Shown: piece after piece, positions 1 through 11,622 of the stretch
Layout: each line of letters opens with the position of its first letter
Numbering within the stretch: the stretch's first letter is position 1
Source: Candidatus Bathyarchaeota archaeon
GTDB lineage: Archaea; Thermoproteota; Bathyarchaeia; 40CM-2-53-6
NCBI GenBank assembly: GCA_963833125.1
Contig: CAWHWX010000009.1
Coordinates: forward strand, 32,001-96,000
Reading direction: 5' to 3'
DNA length: 64,000 nt
Notes under the pieces: model-generated
The model's input: the letters and a program-made list of their open reading frames with translations, nothing else
Told to the model about the DNA's origin: nothing
Databases searched by the model: none
Translations under genes and position numbers: made by a program

Positions 1-1442
1 GCCAACTTGGTTCGTTGAAAAATCCACTGTATCCACCTCCGCTGATTGTGGCTCCAGTCTCGCTGCCGTAACCAGTGCATGTCATGGTATCACAGCCACT
101 CAATGCAAGGTTTGTTGCACCAACGGCTAGCACGTTGGGATCTGAGCTGGAAACTCCGTACCGAAGTTAGTATTGTCCGGTTTTGCTCCTTGATCGCCCG
201 ATGCGAAAAGGATTGTCACGCCCTGCGAAACATCGGTTGCAAGACGACTGTCGTAACTGGAGACCGACGATGACGGGAGTTGTGTGTCACTGCAACTTGG
301 GAGGATAGATACACAACCGTAGGTCCAACTGTTAGAGATGATTTTAGCTAAATGATTCATAGCAACGTAGTCAACGAGGTTCATTAGATCATCCGATGGG
401 CTGGAACCGTACAGAAGAGTTATACTTGCTCCCGGAGCTACGGTGTGCACGGCTTCGACGTCTAATGCGGTTTCTGTAGCCCACCCGGGGTCGTATGTGG
501 AAGGCGGACCGTCAGGCGTCTCAGTGTGAGTGTGATACTCGGTAGTGAGTACTGCGTGCTGAAGATGTTAATTGAGTTTTGAATGCGAGGATCTCCCGGA
601 GCGTCAACGATTGCAACGGTCTGTCCTACGCCATTATTTCCTGCACCGTAAAGGTTCGTGAACGAATATCCGACTTGGATTCCCTGTGGGCAGTACGGGC
701 CGCTGCATGGGGATTCAACCGGTCTTGGGGTTGAATAATTGTCCAGCCCGATGATCCCTGTTACGAGGTTGGCGTAGGCGGTTGGTAGGCTTGGGTCTGT
801 GTCTATGGCGTAAAAAGTTGAGCCGAATGCTTGACCGGCTGTCTGGTAGTAGCCGAGGGAGACTCCGAACGTGTTCTCAGCTTCAGCGACTGTTCCCGAA
901 AGTTGTAGAACCAGTGGCGAGGCTCCTTGTGTGATGATGAACCCTGTGTTTGTGAGGAAGGAAGTGATTGATGCCTTCTGTCCAGACGTTGGTAGGTAGG
1001 GTAGGAGGGTCGTTGCGTTTAGGAAGTTGCCGTAGTTAGATGATTGAGGTTCCATGACTGAGTCGAGGCACTGATTGAATTGCGTAGGATTTCGGAGGCT
1101 GAACACTAATTCAAGTTGAATCGGTTGGAACCGGTAAGAAGCCTGTGCGTGATGCTCGGCCCGTTCGAACCGCTGGCACCACATCCCCGGAATCGAAGAG
1201 TTGGACGATCCAGGCTAAACTTGAGACGAGGAAATGTCAGTTGCCCAAGGCGCCAAACAAGGTGAACCGGGTGCAGCCTGACTAAGTCCAACCTGACTTC
1301 CCGCCGCTCGTACACTAGCTGGAGTGAGCTTGGCTAACGTAGGGGTTAAGTTTGTTCGTTGAGTAAGCGAGTATGCCTAGAGGATTCCGAGAAGGGATAC
1401 GAGAAGCAGTAGGGAGGTGGCTGTTCTTAGGCGATTCTTCAA
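1..1442 (-). CDS. Secreted S53 (sedolisin/kumamolisin) serine protease with prodomain; several frameshifts, C-terminus runs off the window
   Basis: TTG at 1442 gives a signal-like MKNRLRTATSLLLLVSLLGIL. ORF 462..1184 is a pro-kumamolisin-like prodomain (FSLRNP, YGNFL, AENTFGV, GIIGLDN). The catalytic part reads ETALDVEAVHTVAPGA (about 430-475), ISNSW and ASGDQG. The catalytic Ser lies beyond position 1. Confidence 0.85.
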
Positions 1443-1650
1443 TTTCCCGCACGATTCTTACCAGAAACCCCCGCAGTTTCACTTTTTACAACTATATGCG
1501 AATCCATGTTCAGAAACAGTCTCTTGGGGGCTAAGTTTTGTCGTCTTCGCCGTGTAGCTAAGGTGTTGACGGGTGGCCACCATCCGAAAAAGGTGTTCAA
1601 TTCAGCTGGGCCACAGTTACGGAGTTTGGACCTCAGTAACGGTTGTTGAG

Positions 1651-1703
<53 letters not shown>

Positions 1704-1859
1704 GGTGGTATCAACAGTGTAATATTTAGATAACTCTTATATAATTTTGAAAACGGTTTCCACACGGAGCAGTTTGCAGAAACAATGAACAGATTCACGA
1801 GTTGAAGCGTAAGAAAAGTCAAAAGCACGGGCCAGACAACGCTTTGGAGATGACGGGGC

Positions 1860-2399
1860 ATGGATAAGGCGGATATTAGCTCGAAGTTCACAGAGCGGCT
1901 TTCCCGCCAAGCCTATGGCGAGAGCAAAACCATAGAGGGCGTCAAATTTATTGAATTCAAATTCTTCAGCGACGACGGCGGAGACTTCCACGAAATAACC
2001 CGGTTGGTTAACGGCCGCGCCAGCTTCCTGGAAGGTTTCGAAGTTCGTCAGCTAAACAGGTCGAGGTTCAACCCCGGACTCGTGAAAGCCTTTCATCTCC
2101 ACTTGGAACAGGACGAGGTGTGGGCAGTTCATCCTCTCGACCGGCTGCTTGTGGGGTTGGTGGATGTTAGGAAGGGTTCGAAGACGGAAGGCGTCTCGAT
2201 GCGCTTCGTTCTAGGAGGAGGGAAGGCAAAATTCCTCTACATACCCAGAGGCGTCGCCCACGGTGGAACAGCCCTCGGAACGAACCCGGTAGACGTCGTC
2301 TATCTGATGAATCAGCAATTCTCCCCTGACAACCCAGACGAATGGCGCCTACCATGGGACACCCTCGGCGCTGAGTTCTGGAAGATAAGTAAAGGGTAA
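1860..2399 (+). CDS. rmlC: dTDP-4-dehydrorhamnose 3,5-epimerase family (cupin)
   Basis: [23 protein letters not shown] and [10 protein letters not shown] motifs; adjacent to rmlA. Confidence 0.88.
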   Translation: MDKADISSKFTERLSRQAYGESKTIEGVKFIEFKFFSDDGGDFHEITRLVNGRASFLEGFEVRQLNRSRFNPGLVKAFHLHLEQDEVWAVHPLDRLLVGLVDVRKGSKTEGVSMRFVLGGGKAKFLYIPRGVAHGGTALGTNPVDVVYLMNQQFSPDNPDEWRLPWDTLGAEFWKISKG

Positions 2400-2440
2400 G
2401 GGAATACGATCATCTCGTTGATTTCAGCGTCGGCTTCTGG

Positions 2441-3340
2441 GTGAAAGTTGTGAAGGGAATAGTTCTCGCCGGCGGTTTAGGAACCAGGCTGTATCCGATG
2501 ACACATGTGGTCAGCAAGCATCTACTCCCGATTTACGATAAGCCCATGGTCTTCTACCCCCTGAGCACCCTAATGCTCGCCGGAATCCGAGACATACTCA
2601 TCATAAGCACCCCACACGACCTCCCCATGTACAAACAACTGCTAGGGGACGGCTCCGAGCTTGGAATCAAACTCAGCTACCTGGAACAGGCAAACCCCGG
2701 CGGAATAGCTCAGGCCTTCATCGTTGGCCGCAACTTCATCAAATCAGACTCAGTCGCACTCATACTCGGCGACAACATATTCTACGGACAAGGCCTCGCT
2801 GGCCTATTCCAAGCAGCGGTTGCAGAGAATAACGGGGGCACGATCTTCGGTTACTCCGTCAAAGACCCCGAAAGGTACGGCGTCGCAGAGTTCGACAAGA
2901 AAGGCAAGCTGGTTGGTCTCGCGGAGAAACCTAGCAAACCAAAATCAAACTACGCCATAACCGGCCTATACATGTACGATAACAACGTGTTAGAAATCGC
3001 TAACAAACTGAAACCCTCAGCCCGCGGCGAACTCGAAATCACCGACGTGAACAAAGAATACCTTCGCCGAGGAAAACTGAACCTCATAAAATTCGGCCGC
3101 GGCGTAGCCTGGCTCGACACAGGCACACCCGAAGCGTTGCTCGAATCCGCACAATACTTCGCTGCCATAGAACACCGGCAGGGGTTGAAGGTAGCCTGCC
3201 TAGAAGAAGTCGCATACAGGATGGGCTACATCAACGCATCAAAGCTGTTGAAACTCGCCGGAAAATATACCGGAGAATACGGCGACTACATCCGCGCCAT
3301 CGCGAGCGAACATACCGACAACACTGACCTAACTCTGTGA
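2441..3340 (+). CDS. rmlA: Glucose-1-phosphate thymidylyltransferase
   Basis: [52 protein letters not shown]. Confidence 0.97.
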   Translation: MKVVKGIVLAGGLGTRLYPMTHVVSKHLLPIYDKPMVFYPLSTLMLAGIRDILIISTPHDLPMYKQLLGDGSELGIKLSYLEQANPGGIAQAFIVGRNFIKSDSVALILGDNIFYGQGLAGLFQAAVAENNGGTIFGYSVKDPERYGVAEFDKKGKLVGLAEKPSKPKSNYAITGLYMYDNNVLEIANKLKPSARGELEITDVNKEYLRRGKLNLIKFGRGVAWLDTGTPEALLESAQYFAAIEHRQGLKVACLEEVAYRMGYINASKLLKLAGKYTGEYGDYIRAIASEHTDNTDLTL

Positions 3341-4217
3341 GGCGTTCTGAGCGAACACGTGCAATGCTTGTTCCAGTTCCATCGGTTTCTCCCTCAGGAT
3401 CTCTCGAGCTTTCGCTACGTCCAGAGATGAATCCCTCGGCCTCTTCGCGATCCAGCTGGAAGAATCCGACTTGACTGGCGTCACCAATTTAGCATCAAAT
3501 TTTAGTTGCTTGGCTAAGTTAATTGCGAAATCATATCGGCTTGCTCTCGTCGCTCCTGCCACATGAATTATGCCGCGTGTGCCACGCTCGCTTAGATCCA
3601 GGATCATGTTCGCTAGGTTGGTGTTGAGTGTGGGACTAGCGAATTGATCCGATACAACGTTGACAGGCTCTCCCTTACTCAATTTATCGTAAAGCCAAGT
3701 TCCAAAATTTGGCCTGAACGTACGCCCCCAACCGAAAACAACGCTCGCTCTAGCAACGCAAGTATTCTCATGTTCCATAACCAATCGTTCACCGAGCAGC
3801 TTCGATGAGCCGTATTGGTTAACTGGGGCAGGTGGAATCATTCTCGTTATAGTTCCCTCTGCTTCCGTCGAAAACGTAGTCCGTAGACACGTGAACAAGG
3901 AATGCGTTGATCTTGTCGCATGCCTCCGCGAGGAAGCCAGCTGCAGTACCGTTAACTCTCGTTGCCAGTTCCGGTTCGCGTTCGCATAAATCGACATCTG
4001 TGATTGAAGCCGTGTTAATCACGACCGCAGGCCTTTCGCGCTGGACACATTCATTCACTAATTTTTCATCAGTGATGTCCACTTGGATCGCCCGTCCGCT
4101 GTCGGGCTTATGCTCGTGGTAGAGAGAGCTCACGTCGTAACCTTTGGCCGTTGCCTGCTGGACGAGCGCGTGTCCCAGCAACCCGCTTGCGCCGGTTATG
4201 AGAATCTTAACTACCAT
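3329..4217 (-). CDS. rmlD: dTDP-4-dehydrorhamnose reductase (frameshift near 3825)
   Basis: ORF 3819..4217 has GASGLLG and [11 protein letters not shown] 3329..3997 continues with [16 protein letters not shown] and RPRDSSLD. Confidence 0.93.
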
Positions 4218-5212
4218 TTACTTTTCCACGGCGCAGAACTCAGTACACGTTCGTTCAGTAAGGGTTGCCACCACGCCTCATTCTTCACGTACCACGCCAC
4301 CGTCTCTCGCAACCCATCCTCGAAACGCCGCTTCGGAGTCCACCCCAACTCATCTCTCACCTTCGACGTATCCAACCAGTAGCGAACATCGTGTCCAGGT
4401 CTGTCGTCAACATGATCAATGAGCTGCTCAGGTTTATCCAGTAATTTCAGAATCTGCTTAACCACATGTTCGTTCTCGATTTGGTTTCCCCCACCAATAT
4501 TGTACACCTCCCCCACCCGTCCTCTTTCGAGAACTTGGTCAAGGGCTTCGCAGTGGTCTTGGACGTGGATCCAATCCCTAACTTGACTTCCCGAGCCGTA
4601 GATGGGAACCTTCCGATTCTGGATAGCTAGAATCACTGTTTTGGGAATGAACTTCTCTGGGAACTGGAATGGGCCGAAGTTGTTTGTGCATCGAGTAATC
4701 AGAGTCGACAATCCGTACGTTTTACGGTAGGCTTTAACCAGCATCTCCCCAGCTGCCTTTGAAGCGGAGTATGGGGACGAAGGGTTCAGTGCGTCTTCCT
4801 CCTTGAACGCCCGCCCATCATCCGCCGAACCATACACTTCGTCCGTTGAAACCTGCAGAAACTTGAGATCCCGTTTCCTGCATAATTCGAGAAGCGTCAA
4901 GACACCTTTCGTATTGCTTTCCAAGAATGAATGGGGGTTTGCGATGCTACGGTCGACGTGTGATTCAGCCGCAAAATTAACCACAACCTCCACGTTCGCG
5001 CTGACCTTCTCCACGAGCTCAGCGTCGCAAATATCTCCCTTGACGAAACGTAATTCGCTCGCCCTCAGAGATCCTTCAAATTTGCAGGGTTGGAACCGTA
5101 ACTCAACTTGTCAAGGTTAACAATCTGAACATTGCGTTGGATGGTCAACAAGATGGTGGATATAGTTCGAGCCAATGAAACCCATCCCACCCGTAACGAG
5201 GAGACGTGTCAA
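4211..5212 (-). CDS. rmlB: dTDP-glucose 4,6-dehydratase (frameshifts in the N-terminal part)
   Basis: TTG at 5212 gives MTRLLVTGGMGFIGSN. Downstream motifs are FAAESHVDRSI, STDEVYG, YSASK, PEKFIP, RDWIHV and DRPGHD. Confidence 0.95.
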
Positions 5213-5418
5213 TGGCTTCCGGCTCACAAACAGGAATTCGTATACCTGATGCTCAACTTAAGGAAATGCAACTCCAACGTATCGACAAGTTAGTTCATCT
5301 GTAATTTCAGAGCCAGACATTCGCTCTATCATCGAACTCTGATTAGATTCTGCTCAGTTTGCCTGAACCGTTGTCAGTTTGACTTCTCTATGAACTGTCG
5401 AAGGTAAGCGCGGGAAGT

Positions 5419-6036
5419 TTACTCGATCGAGAGTAATGCTTGGGCGGAGTCTCCTCCGTTTCCTGTAACTTGGATCACGTATTGTCCGGGGAGAATGTTT
5501 CCGACCGTGAAACTGCCGTTTGGAGTTCCACTTCCAGCTTGGATGACGCATGCTACGGTACCCTTCAAGACCACGTTGGGAGTTGGGCTAGAGATTGTGC
5601 AGGTGGTGTCTGTGGGCAGGAAGCCGCTGGCTATCACTAAAACATCCACACCGGGTTGGGCGGTTGCCGGGCTCAACCCTACCTGAGCACCCCCAGTAAC
5701 GGTCAGGAGCGCTTGCGCGAAGTCGCCCTGATTTCCCGAAGCCTGAATCACATAGGCGCCGGGTAGAACGTTGCCAATCGTGAATCCACCCGACACGGAT
5801 CCTCCCGCGGTTACACATGCTGATGAGGTGATCACGCCGGGGTTGGATGGGCTAGAGAAGTAGCAGGCAGTATCGGTCGGCAGAAAACCAGACCCGTTGA
5901 TTCCAATTTGCAAACCAACATTCCCGCTCCCGGAACTTAACCCAATTACCGGTGAGGATTCAATATTCGTGAGGGCCATCATTCCCGCGGACGCCAACAA
6001 AACTCCAATGAAGAGTAGGGTAAGGATGAATCTCAA
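5419..6036 (-). CDS. Secreted protein with two tandem ~85-aa Ig-like repeats, each with a Cys pair
   Basis: N-terminal hydrophobic signal. The unit GFLPTDTxC..SSP....ACV..G...G.FT.GN.LPG.YVIQ..GN.GD.AQALL occurs twice. Confidence 0.75.
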   Translation of the reverse strand: MRFILTLLFIGVLLASAGMMALTNIESSPVIGLSSGSGNVGLQIGINGSGFLPTDTACYFSSPSNPGVITSSACVTAGGSVSGGFTIGNVLPGAYVIQASGNQGDFAQALLTVTGGAQVGLSPATAQPGVDVLVIASGFLPTDTTCTISSPTPNVVLKGTVACVIQAGSGTPNGSFTVGNILPGQYVIQVTGNGGDSAQALLSIE

Positions 6037-6162
6037 GGAAACCTAGAGATGCCTTCTCTGTTTGAGAGTTATAATTTATGTTGCTATGGGAAGAGGATGT
6101 GTCCTCACAGAAAATGCTTAAAGGAATCGGGCATGAGCCCGTGCGTGTTTTCGCGTGCTACA

Positions 6163-6969
6163 CTATTGCACTATTGCCTTAGACGCGCCCATTTTGTTTT
6201 GGTTAATTAGTTTAGTATGCGGCTGTAGAGTTCGTTTGTTCCAGGTCAGCGCGGCGTACCAGAAGCCGCATGCTACGGCTAGGAATAGGGCGTAGCCTAG
6301 GTACGTGTGGGCTAGGTAGAGCGCATCTAAGCCCCAGTGGAAACCGACGAGAATAACCACATACACTCTCAGTATCGTCGCAGCAAACGTAACCCCTACC
6401 CCCATCAGCAATAGGAACGTGAGTCTGGCTACTCCGAGTGACTTTCCTACGTCTAAGGTTACGAAGCTGAATGCAGCGATGAACATGAGAAATGAGAGGA
6501 AGCCTCCGCAGAGCGGGGTCACCTCAACACCGCCAATCATCGAGGGGGGTCCGAAGGATAGGATGTCGCCGGAAACTGTAACTGGAATATTGGTTAGGTG
6601 AAGTAGTGCGACTGTAATTATCACGTTTAGCGTCCCGAAAGCAGCGCCTAACGGAGAATTGGAAGCATAGTTCTCAAGTTGCACCGCATGTATCAACCAC
6701 GCAACCACCATCGCAACGCAAAGCACGGGCCACATATCCCGGTAACCCGAAAAGAACTTCGCGCCATAAAGCACCCATCTCGAACCAACCGCAAACAACA
6801 CTACCCCACAACCCATCAAAGTTATCCAAAACGCATCCGCCTCGGAGAGCTGGAAGTACCGAAGGATAACGAGTGACATGAAAATTAAGACCGAACCGAA
6901 GAACACCCGCACCTTTGAACCAATTTCCATAAAGCACTTACCAGCGTTCGATCTTTCGATTAGCATCAC
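6163..6969 (-). CDS. Exosortase/archaeosortase family transpeptidase
   Basis: Multi-TM protein with Cys (VEVTPLCGG), Arg (TILRVY) and His (LAHTYLGY) in the EpsH-family order and spacing. It starts 8 bp downstream of a VPEF-tailed gene. Confidence 0.85.
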   Translation of the reverse strand: MMLIERSNAGKCFMEIGSKVRVFFGSVLIFMSLVILRYFQLSEADAFWITLMGCGVVLFAVGSRWVLYGAKFFSGYRDMWPVLCVAMVVAWLIHAVQLENYASNSPLGAAFGTLNVIITVALLHLTNIPVTVSGDILSFGPPSMIGGVEVTPLCGGFLSFLMFIAAFSFVTLDVGKSLGVARLTFLLLMGVGVTFAATILRVYVVILVGFHWGLDALYLAHTYLGYALFLAVACGFWYAALTWNKRTLQPHTKLINQNKMGASKAIVQ

Positions 6970-6977
6970 TAGAGCAA

Positions 6978-8468
6978 CTAAACAGGTTTTGGTTTACCGA
7001 CCCAGCCGCGTCTACGCTTCGAAATCTGCAACCCGATTAGCAGCATCAATAGCGACGTAACGACAATCAATAACTGATGCAACGAGTCCGGGAATTCTGG
7101 CACGGTATTCTGACCGGCAATGACTATCACATGTCTGCCTGCTGAATAGGTGATGTAAATGTGATACGTGTTGACGTCAGAGGAAGTTACCGTGTTGACG
7201 GTGACATTATCAACAAGCACGACGACTGGACCGTCTATCGACCCCTTAGGAACGGCCGCGTTTAGCGAGCCTATCGTTCCGTTAGGTTCGGTAACTTGAA
7301 TCGTGAACTCTTTAGTGGCCGCGTTGTAGGTTGTGTTTGCGGCGTTGACCTGGCTATTGGTGAGGAACTGAAGCGTAATGTTCCCCGATTGAATTGAGGT
7401 GAATGATCCTGCGAACCGCGCTTTGAAGAAACCGATAATGTCCTCTAGAATTTGCGGTTCTACGGGAGTGCCTATCCATACATGTGTGTATGGAAATGCG
7501 TCTAGTCGGACAAGTTCGCCTGGGGCGTTGTGGGCCCACACGAATGCTGATTGTATGCTAATGCTCCCTGAGTCACCCATACCCCAGATTAGTAGGTGGG
7601 GCACCTTGGCTTGGGCCGACAATTGCGCGGTCTTGAACACGGTTGGGTCTGTCCCGGTTGAGCCGGAAGCTCCCTGCAACTCCGCATCCATTATCACAGC
7701 CAAATTGAACAATCCATAATTGTCGTTTATCAGAGTCCAAGCGGCGAGGGTCCCTCCCGCACTCCAACCGAGCAAGTACACTTGGCTAATGCCCAAACCA
7801 AACTTCAACAAAGCTGCGAGAACATAAGGGAAGATCGGGAGGTTTTGCACGAACCATCCGATTGGTGCTATGACATTGAATCCCGCATTCGCCAAGGAGT
7901 TGAGGACACCCATTGTACTCTGATCTAGTTGAGTGTCACCGGTGAGGATGGGTTGGTCGTATCCGCCGCTAAGGAATATTACGGCCGGGAATCCAACGGA
8001 TTGAATGTTGATGTAGGCGTTTAGTCGACCTGAAAAGTCGCTCTCATAAATCCCCGGCACATCCCCCGCAGGCGAGACGTACGAGTATTCGTCGTTTAGT
8101 GTCGTAGTCCAGCCTTGAGCAGAGTCATTCATAGCGATCGTGAAACGCATTGGATAATTAATAGAAACGTTAGGCATCATCGCACTCAAGTGCCACGCCC
8201 CGTTCACATCCGAAGTCGCGTTCAGGGAACTAGTTTGATAGTTCCCTGCGTCAGTATACCGAATCTGAACTCCTCCTTGGCCTCCGCCAAATCGGTCGGT
8301 AACCACTCCACTTAGGTCAACTCTCTCGCTAAACTTAGGTTGAACGTCAGTTGAGTATACCGCGTACTCACAGCAAGGGTTCGCGTAAGCTCTAATTTCA
8401 TGTGGCAGGAAGAAAAGCGAAACCACAATCAGAAGCAGAAATGCGACTTCTGCCACGTGCTTCGACAA
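6978..8468 (-). CDS. Secreted alpha/beta-hydrolase with an Ig-like domain and a PEF-CTERM sorting signal
   Basis: Signal peptide and nucleophile elbow LGWSAGG, with candidate Asp (GMGD) and His (YTHVW). The C-terminus is TVPEFP, a hydrophobic helix, then KRRR. Confidence 0.82.
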   Translation of the reverse strand: MSKHVAEVAFLLLIVVSLFFLPHEIRAYANPCCEYAVYSTDVQPKFSERVDLSGVVTDRFGGGQGGVQIRYTDAGNYQTSSLNATSDVNGAWHLSAMMPNVSINYPMRFTIAMNDSAQGWTTTLNDEYSYVSPAGDVPGIYESDFSGRLNAYINIQSVGFPAVIFLSGGYDQPILTGDTQLDQSTMGVLNSLANAGFNVIAPIGWFVQNLPIFPYVLAALLKFGLGISQVYLLGWSAGGTLAAWTLINDNYGLFNLAVIMDAELQGASGSTGTDPTVFKTAQLSAQAKVPHLLIWGMGDSGSISIQSAFVWAHNAPGELVRLDAFPYTHVWIGTPVEPQILEDIIGFFKARFAGSFTSIQSGNITLQFLTNSQVNAANTTYNAATKEFTIQVTEPNGTIGSLNAAVPKGSIDGPVVVLVDNVTVNTVTSSDVNTYHIYITYSAGRHVIVIAGQNTVPEFPDSLHQLLIVVTSLLMLLIGLQISKRRRGWVGKPKPV

Positions 8469-8482
8469 TATACTAACCGCAG

Positions 8483-8515
8483 CATTCGCAAGGAGTGCAC
8501 TATATTTGCGTTAAC
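8483..8515 (-). promoter_or_regulatory. 33-bp upstream element, copy 1 (putative promoter/operator)
   Basis: cattcgcaaggagtgcactatatttgcgttaac, 31/33 identical to 14222..14254. It reads AAATATAG (TATA-like) on the minus strand about 32-40 nt before the 8468 start. Confidence 0.7.
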
Positions 8516-8575
8516 TACCAAATGGATGAATAAGCTCATGCTCGTCGCTGAAGATTCGAATGTTGCTAGTGAAAT

Positions 8576-9700
8576 TTAGTCCGTACTCTGCGTAGCCGCA
8601 ATTAATTCCTTTGCGACGAATCGTTGCTTCTTTTCGCTCAAACCAGGATACATTGGTAAAACCAAGGTCTTGGTATATGCACTTGAGCTAACTTCCAACG
8701 CACCTACCTTGGGGCAGTTTCGAAATGCGTCTTGTAAGTGAAGAGCATAGTATCCAAGGTTAGTCTGTATTCCCTTTGTCGCAAGCTTCCTGATCACTCG
8801 ATCTCGGTTTCCCCGTTCTAGGAGAACACAGTATGACTGGTAGGAATGGGTTACTCCTCTCTCTTGAATTGGGCACTTAATGGATTTCGCTCTTCTTAGT
8901 AGCCGAGAGTAACGCCGCGCATGCTTCCGTGTTTCAGTAATTCGTTGACGTATTCTCGATAGCTGTCCGAGTCCTAACGCGGCTTGGATATCAGTCATCT
9001 TATAATTGTAACCTGAGCGTACGAATGTGATTTTGGATTTTCGATGGATGCTGCCATGATTCCGGAGAGAAGTCGCAAGTTCGGCGATTCGACTGCTATT
9101 TGTCACCAACATTCCACCTTCCCCTGTTGTGATGGTTTTGCGGGGATCAAAACTAAAACATCCCACGTCCCCGAACATGCCCACCTTCTTCCCATGATAC
9201 GTTGATCCCAATGCTCCAGCTGCATCTTCAATTACTCTGACATTATGCCTTCTCGCTATCCGCAGCAATTCCTCCATCTTAGCCGGGTGACCGAATGAAT
9301 GAACCACGATGATCGCTTTTGTTCGCTTCGATATTGCCCGCCTAACTTGGGTTGGGGACATGTTGAAGTCTGATTCCTCAATGTCAACAAGCACAGGAGT
9401 GGCGCAGCCGTGTACAACGGCGTTGGCGGTGGCTGGGAATGCAAAATCTGGTACTATAATTTCGTCACCAGCTCTTGCGCCTATGCAGCATACCGCGAGA
9501 TCCAAGGCTGTTGATCCGGAGGAGGTGGCCACCGCATATTTGGCATCTAGATATCGGGCGATGCTACGTTCGAACTCTCTGACCATCGGACCTTGCGCAA
9601 GCCAACCTGAGTTTAAGACGCATTCGACCATGTCGCACGTCCGAGGGAAGAATCTTCGGCTTAGCGAGAGGAATCCGATTAGGAAAACTGCCTGTACCAA
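8576..9700 (-). CDS. DegT/DnrJ/EryC1/StrS sugar aminotransferase (N-terminus probably frameshifted)
   Basis: SSGSTAL, IEDAA, PLP lysine motif FSFDPRKTITTGEGG, GYNYKM and LPMYP. Confidence 0.93.
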   Translation of the reverse strand: MVQAVFLIGFLSLSRRFFPRTCDMVECVLNSGWLAQGPMVREFERSIARYLDAKYAVATSSGSTALDLAVCCIGARAGDEIIVPDFAFPATANAVVHGCATPVLVDIEESDFNMSPTQVRRAISKRTKAIIVVHSFGHPAKMEELLRIARRHNVRVIEDAAGALGSTYHGKKVGMFGDVGCFSFDPRKTITTGEGGMLVTNSSRIAELATSLRNHGSIHRKSKITFVRSGYNYKMTDIQAALGLGQLSRIRQRITETRKHARRYSRLLRRAKSIKCPIQERGVTHSYQSYCVLLERGNRDRVIRKLATKGIQTNLGYYALHLQDAFRNCPKVGALEVSSSAYTKTLVLPMYPGLSEKKQRFVAKELIAATQSTD

Positions 9701-10663
9701 TTGATCGTTCTTTCAAGTCCCTCATCGAGCCCTATTTGCGGACTAAAACCTAACGACCCTGATCCGATCGATCGAAGGCACCCTCACGCTAACCTCCGTA
9801 TATTCGTTTGGCCGCATCAGGATAGTTGACTTCCTTCCAGAGATCTCCATGATTTTCCTTGCGAGCATGAGCGTTGTCAGGGCCTCTTGCGGGTTTCCGA
9901 TGTTGTATATCCCTTCACCTTTGTCTGCCAGTAGCATGAATCCGTCGACACAATCCTCTACATAGCACCATGCTCGAATCTGGTCTCCGTCTCCGTGGAC
10001 GATCAAAGGTTCTCGGCGGATTGCGCGTTCGACGAATGAATGTACGGCCCCCTCTCCCGTCTGTCGTGGGCCGTAGACATTGAACGGCCTGGCAACGACC
10101 ACAGGTAATCCAACCTCTCTAGATGATGCGACGAACATGTGCTCAACGAAGAGTTTACTGGCTGCGTAAGACCATCGAGGGTCGTTCGGTGACCCGACTG
10201 TTAGAAAGGCGTCTTCACCTGCCCCAGCGGTCGTCGGCCCATAGACCTCGCTAGTGCTTGCAAAAACTAGACGTTGAAGCTCTGACTTGAATTTCCTTAG
10301 GGAATTCACCAGGTTGTAGCTTCCGAGTACGTTGACCTCCATAGTCTCCAATGGTTTCTGCACGACTTCCGCGACTCCTGCCAAACTAGCGAGATGAAAC
10401 ACAATTTCGGGTTGTGAGTCGCTGATTGCCTTCTCGAGTTCCGTACTATTCCTCACGTCTCCCTGCACTAGATGCAGTTTCCGCGAGAGCTTCTCACCAT
10501 AGTGGGACACTAGGTCGTCTAAGCTGGGGGTGCGAATTTCTCGATCGAAGCACGTGACTTCATTCTCCGTGAATAATCGCTCGATTAGGTGACTTCCAAT
10601 GAAGCCTGTGCCTCCGGTTATGAAGATCTTCTTGTTCCTTAGCACAGTTTTCAATCCCACCAA
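9679..10663 (-). CDS. NAD-dependent sugar epimerase/dehydratase (C-terminal frameshift near 9750)
   Basis: TGGTGFIG, STSEVYG, YAASK, RPFNVYGP and GDGDQIR. The shifted frame ends ...LDEGLERTINWYRQFS* at 9679. Confidence 0.92.
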
Positions 10664-10684
10664 GACTCCTATTCAGAGCTCACT

Positions 10685-11483
10685 CTAAACGCCTGGTTTC
10701 TTCACACACACCATACACAAATGTCTCCCTTCGACCGGTAGTGTATCGTTTTCCATTTCCATCGACAGGCGTGCGGCGAAACTGTTGAACTTGGATGAGG
10801 GGTTAGGTTCCTTAGGCGAAATCAACGCGGGGTAGTAGACTCTCGTAAGCAGATAGTAGAGTGCGAACGTGGTCCGTTCAATGACTTTGAAATATTTTTC
10901 AAGCGTAGAACGAAACACCGATTCGTTCAGGTCCAGGTTTACGGCAATTGGTTTTATCGGCTTGAGGCCTAATTTTGCTCGCAACGAGTTGAGACTCGCA
11001 GGTACCCTTCCGCAATCCTTCGCAAAAAACGAATACTCCGCCAGGTTTCAAAAGCTCACATATGTTATGTACGGCCTTACGTTGGTTTTCTACGCTTCCA
11101 AGATTTATGAGGCATCTAAATGATACAACGCAATCAAAAGGAGCACTAATCCCTTCCAAAGTATCGCGTTCGAGGACGCTTGCCAAGTAGAATCCCAACT
11201 TTTCGTTCTGAAGACGCCGAGCATTATCAATCATGTTTCTGGAATAATCAATTCCTACAACCTTCCCCGCCACGTGCCTTGCCATTACATTTGTCCGCCG
11301 GCCGTTACCACATCCGATATCAAGAAGATGCTTAGGTCGGAAGCGTTTCAGGCATTTTTCTATGACAAAACGATTCTCCAAATCAACGAGATACGGATCA
11401 CTATGTGACCCGATCTTTGCTCGATCCCTTAGTGCCTGATTGTCCCAGTAACGCTTGATCTCCGAGATTTTCTTACCGGACAT
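10685..11483 (-). CDS. Class I SAM-dependent methyltransferase (frameshift near 11000)
   Basis: LLDIGCGNG, GIDYS and LLKPGG motifs; the C-terminal part is in ORF 10685..10984. Confidence 0.85.
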
Positions 11484-11622
11484 TCAGAATCACCCGAATG
11501 GTATCATTAAGTTACATGAATATTCACGAATGAAAAGATTCGTCAAACAAAACTTCCTATTTTTCTCGGTTCGTGTATGATTATAACCGACGAGGTAAAG
11601 AGATAAGCTTCCCGGTGTCATC

